A DNA stretch of 64,000 bases from Paraphysomonas bandaiensis (Eukaryota; Protista; Chrysophyceae): NCBI GenBank assembly GCA_965644295.1, contig CBFFRP010000275.1:52532-116531 (forward strand), read 5' to 3'. A program made the position numbers and the translations under genes. This document shows, piece after piece, positions 39,072 to 51,916 of this stretch; positions within the stretch are counted from its first letter, which is position 1, and every line of letters begins with the position of its first letter. The notes under the pieces are model-generated. The model was not told where the DNA came from. It did not search any database and saw only the letters and a program-made list of their open reading frames with translations.

Positions 39072-39999
39072 CTAACCCATCGCTCCTAGCTGGTCGCGAA
39101 TCCTCCCCAGTCCATCAAGCATCGTGGACAGAGCTTGAGCAGAGAGCTCAAACGGAACCTTTTCCACACTTGGGGGAAAGTTAGTCGAGCACGGAGTTTG
39201 CTCAATTTCCAGCTCCACTAAGACCGACGGAATGTTCATGCGCACCACCTGTGTACTACATCATTTACAGAAGAATACATCGTAACAGTGCATTGCATAG
39301 ACATTTCACCGCATATATCACATCACGAATTGTGCAATAGAATACCTCGGAGGAAGCTTTTTTAACGTTCAGGGACCAGTCCACGTCAACGTACTTGGGT
39401 AGCGATATCCTGTTCAGAGCAGAAGCCTCTCTCCATATTTCTAGCTTGCTACTGATAATCTGCAAAAATAATAATCAAAACGTTTTTCATAGCGCTGGGA
39501 ATATCCTGAATGAATGACAACTAACAGACAAAACAGAGACTTTATCAACGACAGTCTAGTGTGTCAACTGCAGTTCGAAGATGCAATAATCATACCTGTC
39601 CAACGAGTTGCTTGAGCTTAGCATTCACATCACCCCCAACTTCTTCATAGAGTTGGGCCAAATCGCTAATTTCTCCACTCTCCAATACACATTTAATGCA
39701 CACTAGTGCGGCTTCATATAACTGACATGTATATATATGTGCAATAAGATATACTGACATTAACATATGAGAGAATACACACCTCAGAGGCTTCATCAGT
39801 GGTCTCTAATTGTAGAAGAGATTGAATGATTGGGGTGATTGTCTGTATATATATGAATGATGTGTGTTATGTATATGATATGAGGGCTTACAGAGGAACT
39901 CTCGTTACGAGATGTATAGACCAGATTGAGGATCTTCTCCACTACACTCTTAGAGGGGGCTTTAAGTAGATGGTTTAGTGCTGTGATATTATTGGACAT
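39072..39999 (-). CDS. COMMD9: COMM domain-containing protein 9, multi-exon
   Basis: N-terminus ALNHLLKAPSK. COMM domain ISLPKYVDVDWSLNVKKASSE|VVRMNIPSVLVEL...FELSAQALSTMLDGLGRIRDQL. Confidence 0.9.
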
Positions 40000-40426
40000 G
40001 GTGTGATATTGGTGCTTGTGTATGAGGGGTTGGTAGAGTTATTTAGTATATGATCCACTGCAGCGCATGTACTGCATACATATATATGTGTATATGTGTA
40101 TATATACATGCAGCTACAGAGGATGTAGGAACTACAGCAGTATCCATGTACAGTTGTATGTACATATTCCAGTTGTACCGCTGTACCTGTGCACTTATAC
40201 ATTGAATCAGAATGTACCACCGTATACAGCAGTACAATATAAGGTACACATAGTCTGACATACATCAGATCTGATGTACCTCTCTACAATACAAAGGTAT
40301 ACATACAGTACATCTGTACACAGCTGTGGAGTACAATGATATGGATGATCTACACTCAGTTCAATTGACCACTTCGCATTACAACACTTATCTTCTAGTA
40401 CTTAAACACACTACCTATCTAATACA

Positions 40427-43162
40427 ATGAAGTGGTTAGTAGTGTATTTATTGGCATACTTGCTGCCGTATACGAAAGGAAGGAAAACACCGGAGCCAAG
40501 CCCTCCTGTGCCTCTAGATATAGAGGAGATCAACCATGCCCAACTCTCTCATATGGTACGTATACATACATGTATATATAAAGGCTGTACTGAAGTATAT
40601 TATTATTATTTTTCTAGTTGTATTCTAAACAGTATTTAACTGTATTTACTTCTATCTATAGGCTTATATTACAGGTGGGTCATATTATATGGGCTCCCAA
40701 TACTTTAAGAAGGGTGATAAGATTGCACCGGCTGGTGTGATGGATGGCGCTAAACCTCGTCGAAAGGTTACTGTCAAGTAAGGTTTTTAATCTATCAATG
40801 TGGCTTATAGAGTCTATTGCTCTCTATTAAGATACTGTACAATATATATACTATATATAGATATGTATGTATGTATGTATGTGTATATAGATAACCATAC
40901 AGTACACCACACAATCAAACACTGTATGTATCACTCATATATACGCATATATACAGACCCTTTTATATGGATAAGACGACTGTTTCCAACCTTCAGTTTG
41001 CTAAATTTGTCAAGTAAGTGAATCTGTTGCACTTCTTCACTTCATGATATGAAATATCTTATAGGGACACTGAATACATATCTGAAGCAGAGAAGTTTGG
41101 GTGAGCGTACATACATACATACGTAGCAAGTGTATGTATACTCGAAGAGTGTGTATCAGCTGATGCTGGTTTACGTGTATATACTACCAGACATGTATCA
41201 CATATACACGTCAACTCCATTCCATATATAAAGTAACTGATGAGATAGATGGTCATTTGTTCTTGATGGTTTGGTGTCACCTGATACTAGAGCGGAAGTA
41301 GATGGGGAAAACGGCCTGGGAAGAGTCAAGTATGTGATGAATATCAGCGTATCTCACTATGAATGTTAGAGTTATGTGTATATATGTATGGGTGATATTG
41401 TCAGTGTGTAGGAGTGTCTTAATGATAGTTTAACTGTCTATATATACATATATATAGAGATGCTCCACACTGGCTGGGTGTGAAGGGAGCCTCGTGGGGT
41501 CGGCCACTTGGGCCAGATAGGTGTGTAATGCCGAAGCTCCATGTGGAACGTTTATGCTGAGTGATTCTGTCTGACACTGATGAAAATGTGCTGTATGTGC
41601 ATTATCGTGTAATGAGTTGGAGCACAGGAATATGACTGTGCGTAATATGTGTTGTGTATGTCCCGATTTTATGCCATTCATACATGTGTACGTATAATCC
41701 ATCTGGTTTCAGCTCTTTTGCTTTCTTTGGAGGGTATCCTGCAGTACATATTTCCTATGATGATGCTCAGGCGTATTGTAATCATTACGGTGAGTGATTT
41801 GTCAACAGATAAGACAGTGATGTATACATGTGATGTAGAAGAAAAAGATAAGTGTGTATGACACGGATGCTACAGATATGTTGCATGGTATATGCTTTTC
41901 ACATGTATGTGCTGTAGGCTTGCGACTCCCTTCTGAGAAGGAGTGGGAATTCGCCGCGAGGAATGGGTATGTAAATAAAACTTATCCCTGGGGTAAGTTA
42001 TCTTCTTGTAAACAACTCCCAATTCATGGGAAGATCTTTGTTCTTTTTCATATTGTGTTAGCATATTGCGACACGTGATCTATGAGTAATGAGTATATTC
42101 TAGGAAATGATACATATGTGGATAACCAGTTCAACCTTTGGCAGGGAAAATTCCCTCATCAAAATACAATAGCAGATGGATTTGTTGGTATGGGAACCAC
42201 CTATGCTGTATCATTACTTCACCTTCTTGTTGAAATTATTTCTATAGATTTCTTAGTGCTATTGAATATATGTCGTAGTACTTGTATTGACTAGTTCAAT
42301 CAGGGGTCGCACCTGTTGACTCGTACGAACCTAACACGTACGGTGTGTATAATCTCCTTGGAAATGTTTGGGAATGGGTCTCTGGTGGGACAGCGGAGAA
42401 GGTATAGTACTTGCTACATCAGCAAATAGTGTGTTGAGTATGGTGTTTGTGTGAAGTCGAATATTGCTCTCGTTGCCCTTCACAATACAGAGTCTGTGTA
42501 GATGCACTCGCATGGTTTTGGACACAATACTCAACAAATGCTATAACTAGACTACTTCTTTTGATTATATATAACAGAGAATTCTGAGGGGAGGTTCCTT
42601 TTTAGACAGTCCCGATGGCAAGTTTAATCACATTGTGGCGGTAGGTGTCTAACATTGTTTGGGACCAGCAATGTTATAGGATATTGTTGGGGTATATGTA
42701 GTAGTTTGCTATTTGTCGAATATTGGTTAAGTGGTATGTGTCACAACGTTAATATGCTGGAAACAGGTGAGTACGAAACAAGTTAATGCCGGTGACAGCG
42801 GCGCGGTTAATATTGGTAAGGTTTTCTTAGCGCACCCTCGCCCCTTTAATTGTCTATTAATTTTTCACTGTACAGTATACATTGATGATTGCTACTTACA
42901 TTGTAATCGTTTATTTATCGTATAGCTATTGGTATGAGATGTATATCTCACTTAGAATTAAGATTTAACTGTCGTGATGGTATGATGTATGTATACTCCG
43001 TGTATCCCTTGTATGATTTTGACTTCAGCTGTTTCGTTGTGCTGAATTTGAATGTTACCAGGATTTCGATGTGCAAGAAGTGAGAATGTAAAGTCAAAGT
43101 CAGAGAAGTCAAAGACAGATTCTACCAGTACTGATACGAATGAAGTGCATATAGAGTTATAG
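40427..43162 (+). CDS. SUMF2: FGE-sulfatase domain protein, SUMF2/pFGE-like (non-catalytic type), ER-luminal; many small exons
   Basis: Signal peptide [18 protein letters not shown]. Motifs [38 protein letters not shown] and [18 protein letters not shown]...[15 protein letters not shown], lacking the SUMF1 CxxxxC. C-terminal HIEL*. Confidence 0.8.
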
Positions 43163-43612
43163 GGGTGTGGTGGCATGTAAAAATAAGTAATGAAGATTGT
43201 GGAAAGTTGTGTTGAATTTAGAGGTGGTTATTAACTTATTATCGCCAGAATATCATGACATATTGTGAATATGTTTGCAATATTTTATTTGGACTGCTGC
43301 TACAACTCGCAGAAATATCGATTAGTCAGTGCTGTAGTGTGTATGCATTCGACAGTAGGCCTGGTAGAATTATATCGCGAAGTTTCGCAAGTCGCTTCAT
43401 TCATCACAGAATCAACTAAAGCGTTGTCGTATGTTGCAGTCCATAAAGTCTTATCATCCTTGGTCAGTAGTATTTATGCCTATATCGATTTATACCTATA
43501 TCACTAACCCTGCAATATCGATTATTTACTATTTAATTAATATGCACTTAGTAACCAAAAATACAATCAACTCTACAACAGCTATTACATTCACACATAT
43601 ATCAGAAACGTT

Positions 43613-46600
43613 TTATTTCTTGTAACTATGAAGGGTATATGGCCTGGATAAAGTTGAGGCCTGAAAGTGAGTATTGCTAGATGTAGGAGTTGAGTATAGC
43701 TCGTCATTGGAATTAAAGAGAGGTGATGACTGCAGTGTCTCCTGTGAAACAAGTTCGATTATCAAAGCACTGAATAAGAGAGAAAGGTACGTGATGAACA
43801 ACGATACAACATCTATCATTGTTAAATACGACTAACTTGTAGATAAATGACAGTGTATATTTAAGTAACGCATGGTATAGATATCTGAAACCCACTGTAC
43901 ATCGCAAGTGAATGAATATGTATCACGTTACACATGCACTTAGTATAGGTGGAAAGTAAATATTAATTCCGTAAATCAACCCACAACACCTCGTATAACT
44001 ACCAGTGTTTCGGTATGACCATGCAATATAATATTACAGTTACATATATAACAGCACACAAGCACGGTTGAATCTCAATAATATTAACGTAGGCAAACAC
44101 TAACTCACCTCATCATGAAGGTACTGGAATCCCCCAAGGCGCATAGTTTCGCTATACTTATGATCGTAAGACACGCATGCCATATCTCCTTTCAGTGACC
44201 CGACACTGCTACCACTCATACCCCGCGTAGGTACTCCAGGAACCTCCATTCCACTTTTTTGTTTAACTGACAGAGGTTTACTCGGTCTACTCGACTGCCT
44301 ATTAGATGGTTTATTAGATACTATGCGGGTTTGCCGGGAAATATGTTGTGGGGGTAACGCGGGAGATCCCGTGCTAGAATATTCAGTGAAGGATTTTCGA
44401 GTCTGAAATATTTGAAATCTAGATTCACTCTGGGACATTGTACGTAATCCTACAATCACGCTGAGAATACATACAGCAAAAAGAGTTTCCATCATAAACA
44501 GCACAGAATGTGTGTATAAACTTGACTCACACCAAAACAGTGTTTTACATTAAATCAAGTGCACACAATACTGCACTTACATCACACTACACAAGCACCA
44601 CAGAATATTTTATACGGTTAGGACGGCCTACCTAAAAACCCAGATCCAGATCCTCTTGGACAGCATCCCATGCACATATCGTAGTCTTCCATATCAAAAA
44701 GAGCATCTGAATCTTCGAAAACGATACCTAGACATCAGCACTTATTGCATATCGCTGTAGCCAGGCACTATACCAATCTATTCTAACTATATATATGTGC
44801 CACACCTTTAAACATTGCATTGCATGTGTATCACAAATCGCAACACATATGTTATAACACTGGAATAATACACATATAGTCCACCCACCAGTAGTCTCGG
44901 GCAATGAAAGAAATATATATACTCCACAAAGGACACAAAGTAACGCGTTCACAGTCCAAAGATCTGAGCATATTGGCTTAGCAAGTGTACAGTGCTACAA
45001 AATTAGGAAGAATACCTGCCGCGAAGTGTGACCAGTCACTCACCAGTAGCAGCTCACTAGCGTACTTATACACGGTAACCCCTTAGAGCACACAATCATA
45101 CATTGGTCATGCAACATAAAAGACAAGTATATATTCTGGCTTGATTCCTTGGAGCATATTCACAAATGGAAACAACGTTGAGTATATTGCAGAGAATATA
45201 TATATATAGTGCAATACATTCTACAGCATAATTACCAGCAAAGTTACACGCATATACAAGCGACACAGCCTTTGCTCTCGCTCTCAATGGGAACACCTCC
45301 GTTGGTAGCACCACAGCAGCTACGCCTACAAAATATAAAATACGAAATTTAAATACTCTTACTTCACAAACCTATGGACACATAGAAGGCAAAGCTATAA
45401 AACATAACAAATCCCGAGTAGAAGAATCTCATCAAATAAGATTTGAACGATATATCACTCGTGAGAGGTCCCTGAGAGTACCCCTCGTAGGGTCCAGAAA
45501 CAGAATCTTCTAAACTGCCAACGTACACCATCAGAGCAGCCATAGACGAAAAGAGAGTCATCACAGAAAGCCCGCACAGGAGCATATGTCGACGGCCATC
45601 TTCATCAATATTATCACACCCTACATCACAGTCAAGGTACAGCGGCGTAAAATATAATACGGCAGGGAACTAAAAATCTGGGCTATAAGTGTACTTCTAT
45701 TCACCTACGATAGCGCCACTGACGGAAGCAATGAATATCAAAACCAGGGCCACCAAAACTAGATCGTGGCTATATGACTTCTCAATGACTCGAAGAATAA
45801 CGACCCCATACTCCGCAAATATCTATCAGTGACTTAAATACTAAAAAATAAGCACGATATACAACGCTCTACTTACCCGTTGTCCAAGAATCGCATGAGC
45901 GATATGAATCACAGTCATTACCCCTACTCTATATCTCATGGATAGGTCTGAGTAAAGAAGCTGTTTATAGGAGTTCTCATGCCTAGCATCATACGCTAGT
46001 GCCCGATACATGCTGTTAAATTCAGAAGCCACCTTCATAAGTACAACGATCAACACCAGGATAGCAACAGAGCAGTACGCAGCAATGTCAAAGGGAAACA
46101 CTATCATACTTATAGACTTGGGCATCCACGCAGTGTATTATATATCTTACCTCGGTAGTACATCTAGCTTGTTCAAGAGCGGCCAGTCCGTCTGCAATTA
46201 AACGCGTTTGTAAACTAATTCACTGAGGAAAGAGTCGCATCATGCTACACATCTTTCTATGCATCACTCTATGTGTAGAGGTGTATCCAAATATCCGTAA
46301 CATAATGGCATTACCTGCAGGAGTCTTATGGGCCACTAGCCACCACGGCGTCTCACTGAGCATTACCATGCAGAGAAGAAATATTAGGGCAGGACCCACT
46401 GGAAATGCAACGCAGAGTCTCCATCCATCACTTTGATGTATAGATATGTAAGATACACACACTGCAGTGAAAGAACCACACAGCGATAGCACCGGAAACA
46501 CCCCTATGTTACGGCATGAGATATACAATACATTTTCTTTCTATAGTAAAAGTAGGACAGCGAAAAAGTAAATGCATACGTACAGGAAAGAATGGTAATA

Positions 46601-47394
46601 TCTATGCGATACAAAACAACAGTAAAGACATCGTTCCACTTACCGCAAGCTCTTCCTCGTTTAGTAGGAGGGGCCATCTCAGCTATATAAACAACTGCAG
46701 TTGTCGATAGTACAGCCACTATCACTCCAGTTAAGAACCTGTACACCAACATATAGGCAATGACCATCACGTCTCGTAGTAGATACACCATCAAACCAAA
46801 CCATAACACATTGGAGACTATCACTTCATATCCACATCATACACAGCACTCCATGGTAACCTTGCAATCAGCAACCATAGATCATTCGTACTCGTAGCCA
46901 TCCAAGAAACAACAGCAGCAAGGCATGCAGTAAAACACAGCAAAACCGGTCGTCTAGATAACGATATTAGTACACTTCGCAACATATCCATTGACATCAA
47001 AAACATGTCTTCATATACAAATAATACATAAAAATATACATATATAATGAAATGTAAGACCAACATGATATACACACCTTCCAAAACTATCTGAGAGTCT
47101 GCTGCTAATGAGAGCCCCTATAATCTCCCCCACATAATACACGTATAAATATCTCTTAGCAAATAGATCCGCATGTATAGTGATATATTCTAAAAAATTT
47201 CGATCTTGAATAAGTAAAAGAGATATAACATCAATATATCCTTGAAGAAACCCAGCGATAGATACCATACATGCGATATATATGATATACTTGTCTCCTG
47301 TATGTGTATGTAGAGAGAGTTATAATAATAGAGATTATATGGATAGTAAACCTCTCTGTCTGTCCTGTCGAGTGGACATTGATGATGAATTCAT
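43613..47394 (-). CDS. MFS sugar porter family transporter with extended C-terminal tail, many introns (ends approximate)
   Basis: GALISSRLSDSFG|RR, RFLTG, VYIAEMAPPTKRG, GWR, LSETPWWL, GRR, TEVFPLRARAKA and FLSLPETTG. Confidence 0.88.
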
Positions 47395-48227
47395 GTCCGT
47401 GACAGAGAAATAGTGTTATATTTTATTTATGAGAAGGATGTTTATGATTATAGTTATATATATATATGTGCACTGGTAACATACATACATATCAACATAG
47501 GACTGATTCTAGATTTACACACTTATGTACACTGCTGTATGTGTGTATGTATAGGTAGGTACAGTACGTCGTAGGTGTATGAATGTACAGAGTATGGATG
47601 GACTGCGTATGTAAAACTTTACTGGTTTTTAGGCACACCTCGAATATTGCGATGCATATACAGTACTACAGTATGTGAAACTTTCAGCTACACGTAAAAA
47701 TTGGCAGTTTTCTTTACGAAAACCCTCATAATACAGTAGAATAATGCAATACTAGGAGTGATCAGATATGGCCCGATGGTTGTGTATGTATCTTCTGTAA
47801 GATCATACTGAGCACTGCTATTAGTAACATAAATGACACACATCCACATACAGACACTCGAGAATGATTTGAACCACCCCTCAAATGAAGAAGAAAAGGT
47901 CATAGAAACCCATCCTGGATATTCTAGAGTACACACAGGCTTTAAGCGTGCTGTCTCTCTGCTGCATCATATGCATAGAACTCATACGCATAGAAGCCAT
48001 AAGCATATGAGGGGTCATGACCAGACATAAGCTGACTAGTAATCATCCCCTTATCACATAATCACGAGTGTTTACCTAAGATTGATTGATAGAACTAGAG
48101 ATGCATGTACTGCTTGGGGCAGAGTGTACTGACACAGGCATGTGTCAACTACATCATATGTTCTACAGGACTCCAGGCCACTGGAACGCCACCCCGTTTA
48201 TCCATTGCTTCAAAGGTGAATACTCGT

Positions 48228-49612
48228 AGAGATAAGTTATTCAGGACACAATCCGCAGTCCAAGTTTCTAATATTTGGGAAAAAATGACTCGAAAACTCT
48301 TACTAAATCATTCCCATTCCCAAATTTCCGAAATTTTAATTTGGACCGTCACCAAATGCCTACACTAGTCAAACAATTTGGGGTGTCCCCAGTACTGCCA
48401 AAATTAAAATTTCGGATATTGCGTGCATGTACTGAATGGAGATATACAATATATATCTACGATATAAGCATTCATAGATGAAATATTCTTGTATGGTTGG
48501 TGTATATCTGAAGGGCCCAAATGTGGTAAATACTTCAATACATATATTTACTATTTCTGCGACTGCTTCAATAGTAGAACCATTGGAGTTGAAGATATTC
48601 TGCGTATTGAGAATTCTGGGCAGAGGGTGATGCTTTGACAATTGCTGGGATGGAAGCTTTTGATCAGGAGACTATTCGACTCTTTTTCCATGATTTCTGT
48701 GAAAAGTTTGCGAAAGAAGTTTATGAAGTTTTCGTCTACCACCCTACTGATGCAGAACAAATAAGTGATATAGTTTATTTTCAAACGTCTGGGCTTTCCA
48801 TGAGTGCTGATGTAGTATATGTCAATTGGGCCAAGTGTCCCTTTTCATTTCGATCATCCTGTAATGGAAAAGAAGGTTGCCCAACTCTACCATACGAAGT
48901 GTAGTGGTTGCTCATTCCAAGAGAATGCTTTTTGCGACGAAATCTCTTTATTGTGCCAGAAATGATAAAACCATTTTTCGTTACGATAAATTAGTAATAG
49001 ACATGCACAAATTAGGACTTTGACGAAGACTTCGAGTTCACGTTATACGACGACGATGGGGTAAAGAAATCAGCACAGGGCGGGTTATACTTGATCTGCA
49101 GTGACGGGTACCACAAATTGAGATGTCTTCAGCACCCTTTACAGCACATATGTGATATCAATGCTGCTCGGTGGAGCTGCATTTTAGTATCCGTTCGGAA
49201 AGTTGTTGAGGATTTATTAGGAATTATGAAGCAACGATTTCAGATACTACGGCATGCCATTGACATTCATCACCAAGATGAAATCGACGACATGTTCTTC
49301 ACGTACTGCATTATCAACAAAATTATACTTTCATGTGATAGATATGACAGACGATGGGAAAACGTCACGAAGAGTATGCTGACAGTGATTGGTGCGAATT
49401 TAATAACCACTAACCCATGCTTCTATTGCTGAACAAAGAGCAAGAGCTAAAACTAATGACTCTGCTTCATGTGAACTAAACCCATTTTATGCTGATGATG
49501 TTGAATGCGAATAGAGAAAAAGTTCTACACTTTACGAACTAAGTTACTGCGGCATTTTAAAGTAGCTTTACAGAAGCAAGAGGTAGAGTGGTTGCAATAT
49601 AGTAAGTACTAA
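48228..49612 (+). pseudogene. Decayed PIF/Harbinger-superfamily DDE transposase (Plant_tran/ISL2EU-like)
   Basis: LELKIFCVLRILGRG*CFD, FFHDFC, SADVVYVNWAKCP...GKEGCPTLPYEV, ARNDKTI, DGYHK and RWS..LVSVRKVVEDLLGIMKQRFQIL...YCIINK. Several stops and frameshifts. Confidence 0.85.
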
Positions 49613-49692
49613 TGACAAAATCAGTAATTTACAATAAGATACATATTGTTGAATAACATAATTGCTCACAAGCAGCTGAGCTCGACAATAGT

Positions 49693-50784
49693 TCAAGGCG
49701 GGGATTCATTCCGCTTACGCTTAGCGGATGATTGAACAGTAGCATAAGTTAGCTTCGGAGCAGCGGGAATAGGATTTTCATCGTAAAACGTTAGCAATTC
49801 GAGTCTTAGCTGCCGTATGTAGTCTTCATTTTTGCCCAATTCCACAGCTAGTTCTATCGCAACTTTCAACCCTTGTATACGTAGACTTCGTTTCTCCAAT
49901 ATTTCAAAGTATTCACTCATCTTATTGTAATTTTGTGACGCAGTCGTGAAATATGCATGTCTCATAGAGTCTAACGCTTCCTGCGCAGCATTGCTATCCC
50001 TATTCTTCGATTTAGCTCTACTCAGTGTACCTCCACAAGTGCCACTAACAACAACACTGGATCTCAACTGGTCCATGTTAACAAGGCAACTTTCTGCGGA
50101 TTTAACATCTTCTCTGGGTACGCTCTTTGGCTTAGGCCTACTACTCATTTCTCGTCGGAATACTGGGCAATCGTCCGGGGCAGCAGGTGGTCCAAAAATC
50201 AAGAACGGTAAATACGAAGGAGGATACCAGTCCTCTGGCATGTCAACTTTTTCAAGAAATCTGCTTTTGAACTCCTTCTGCTTACGGCGATTCAATGTTT
50301 TGACCTCATTACGACCACTGTCATCGCCTTCTGCCTCATTGTGATCACCGCTGGCTGCGAACACCGTGCCCTGTTCACAATTGGACACCACCTCGTTGTG
50401 ATCACTGTCAGCCGATTGTACCTCCTTCTGAACATTATCAACTTCGGTATGATCACATGATGCAAATAGATCAACGGCCTTCTGTTTGACTGTCAAGAGC
50501 TCATAGAACAAACGCTTCCTGAAGAGCCTCAACACTTCCTCGAGATGTTTTCCAGAATTTGACTGAACTACATGGTTCCATGCAGGAATGATTTCATTCA
50601 TAATCATTCCCTTTAATTGACAATACTTCTTCCAGATGAGATGTCCCCGTTTGATGTCTACATCGCTGTCTATTGCGCTTTTTCCTTGAACTTTTATATA
50701 GTCCAACGCTTCCCTACGGAAGGAGTCCTTCTCAGCCTCAGTGAGCTTGGCCACCATAAAAGAAAGTCTACTATTCTTCAGCAT
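49693..50784 (-). CDS. Intact 363-aa ORF, probable Harbinger accessory (Myb/SANT-like DNA-binding) protein, convergent with the transposase
   Basis: Tail-to-tail with the transposase (80-bp gap) as in two-gene Harbinger elements. IWKKYCQLK..IMNEIIPAW helical N-domain, WYPPSYLPFLIFGPP, and a basic C-terminal NLS-like KRKR. Confidence 0.6.
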   Translation of the reverse strand: MLKNSRLSFMVAKLTEAEKDSFRREALDYIKVQGKSAIDSDVDIKRGHLIWKKYCQLKGMIMNEIIPAWNHVVQSNSGKHLEEVLRLFRKRLFYELLTVKQKAVDLFASCDHTEVDNVQKEVQSADSDHNEVVSNCEQGTVFAASGDHNEAEGDDSGRNEVKTLNRRKQKEFKSRFLEKVDMPEDWYPPSYLPFLIFGPPAAPDDCPVFRREMSSRPKPKSVPREDVKSAESCLVNMDQLRSSVVVSGTCGGTLSRAKSKNRDSNAAQEALDSMRHAYFTTASQNYNKMSEYFEILEKRSLRIQGLKVAIELAVELGKNEDYIRQLRLELLTFYDENPIPAAPKLTYATVQSSAKRKRNESPP

Positions 50785-51630
50785 TTCATCTACAGCACTT
50801 CACAAATGATTGATTAGATTGTTTCTGAATAACATGATAGTATATACATACAAGGGATAGTAGTATGCCATGTAAGTACTGAAAGTGTCCATACTCTTCT
50901 CAGCATGCTGTTCAGCAGCAAACAAAGCACTTTTGACGCAAGCATAGTTCTCCAGAAGAACTTTAGGCTCAATAGTGTATATATTCACCATATCTATACA
51001 TATAGTGTAGCCTTGTCAATGTATGTATGTATGTGTATATGTGGCAACATTGAGAAGAGCACTTCGTTTGGGTTGATGTGTGGGTTGAAGTCTGAAGTGC
51101 CTTTTCTTCGAAGTAAAAAATATCGCACTTTTTGGACTCTGTTGGTACAAATATACAGACATGTACATACAGTATGTATATTGTACCGGTAGAACTATTG
51201 GTACAGTACTTGTATGGTGGCAGTATCCATGGAGACGGACCAGTCTGGTCCCACTTCATTTTTTTGTATTGTGTTTTTTCGTATGGAACATGAGTGTAGA
51301 GCTTTGAAATTGTAGTCAAAATCAGTACAATTTTTTTATTTCGACTGGGACCAAATACAGTCCGACAAGTAGAGGGCTGGTCCACTTTGTCAAAAAACGT
51401 CTCCATGTACATATGCATGATGTGTGTGTATCCATGTATGTACAGTATGTACGTATGTACATGTATGTAGTAGAAGTACTGTAGTTCCAGTGCAACGTAC
51501 ACTGTACCTATATATGGTTCTACGGTACTTCCTTATGGTATCTTTGCACCATGTCCGGATGTGTATCATTGGTGCGTATGAAGTCTACTTCGTCTGATGT
51601 GGCATGTCACATATCACAACAGCAGCAGTA

Positions 51631-51660
51631 TATGTATGTATATGTATGTATGTATGTATG

Positions 51661-51692
<32 letters not shown>

Positions 51693-51705
51693 TGTATGTA
51701 TGTAT
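51631..51705. repeat. Imperfect (TATG)n microsatellite upstream of the EF-hand gene
   Basis: Direct reading. Confidence 0.95.
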
Positions 51706-51916
51706 AAGATCTAGTTCATTGTTGATATCCACACCAGTGAACTCCCATCATAACTATCTACTTAAACAACACAATCTGATATCTTCTTCTATATGCTTCC
51801 TTATCATTCTCACCCATACAATCAGGTTCAATCACTGTCAGTGTCTGTATATCTATATCTATAACCATACACCCACATACACATACATATACACATACAT
51901 ACATATATACACACAT

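Noticed and set aside
51228-51407. Possible 180-bp MITE or Harbinger end (catggagacg ... cgtctccatg, internal ggaccagtctggtcc)
   Set aside because: Only a 10-bp inverted repeat, no TSD, and no matching end found left of the transposase.
51551-51916. 122-aa N-terminal extension of the 525-aa ORF
   Set aside because: Microsatellite-derived low-complexity sequence; MGSAC at 51917 is the more plausible start.
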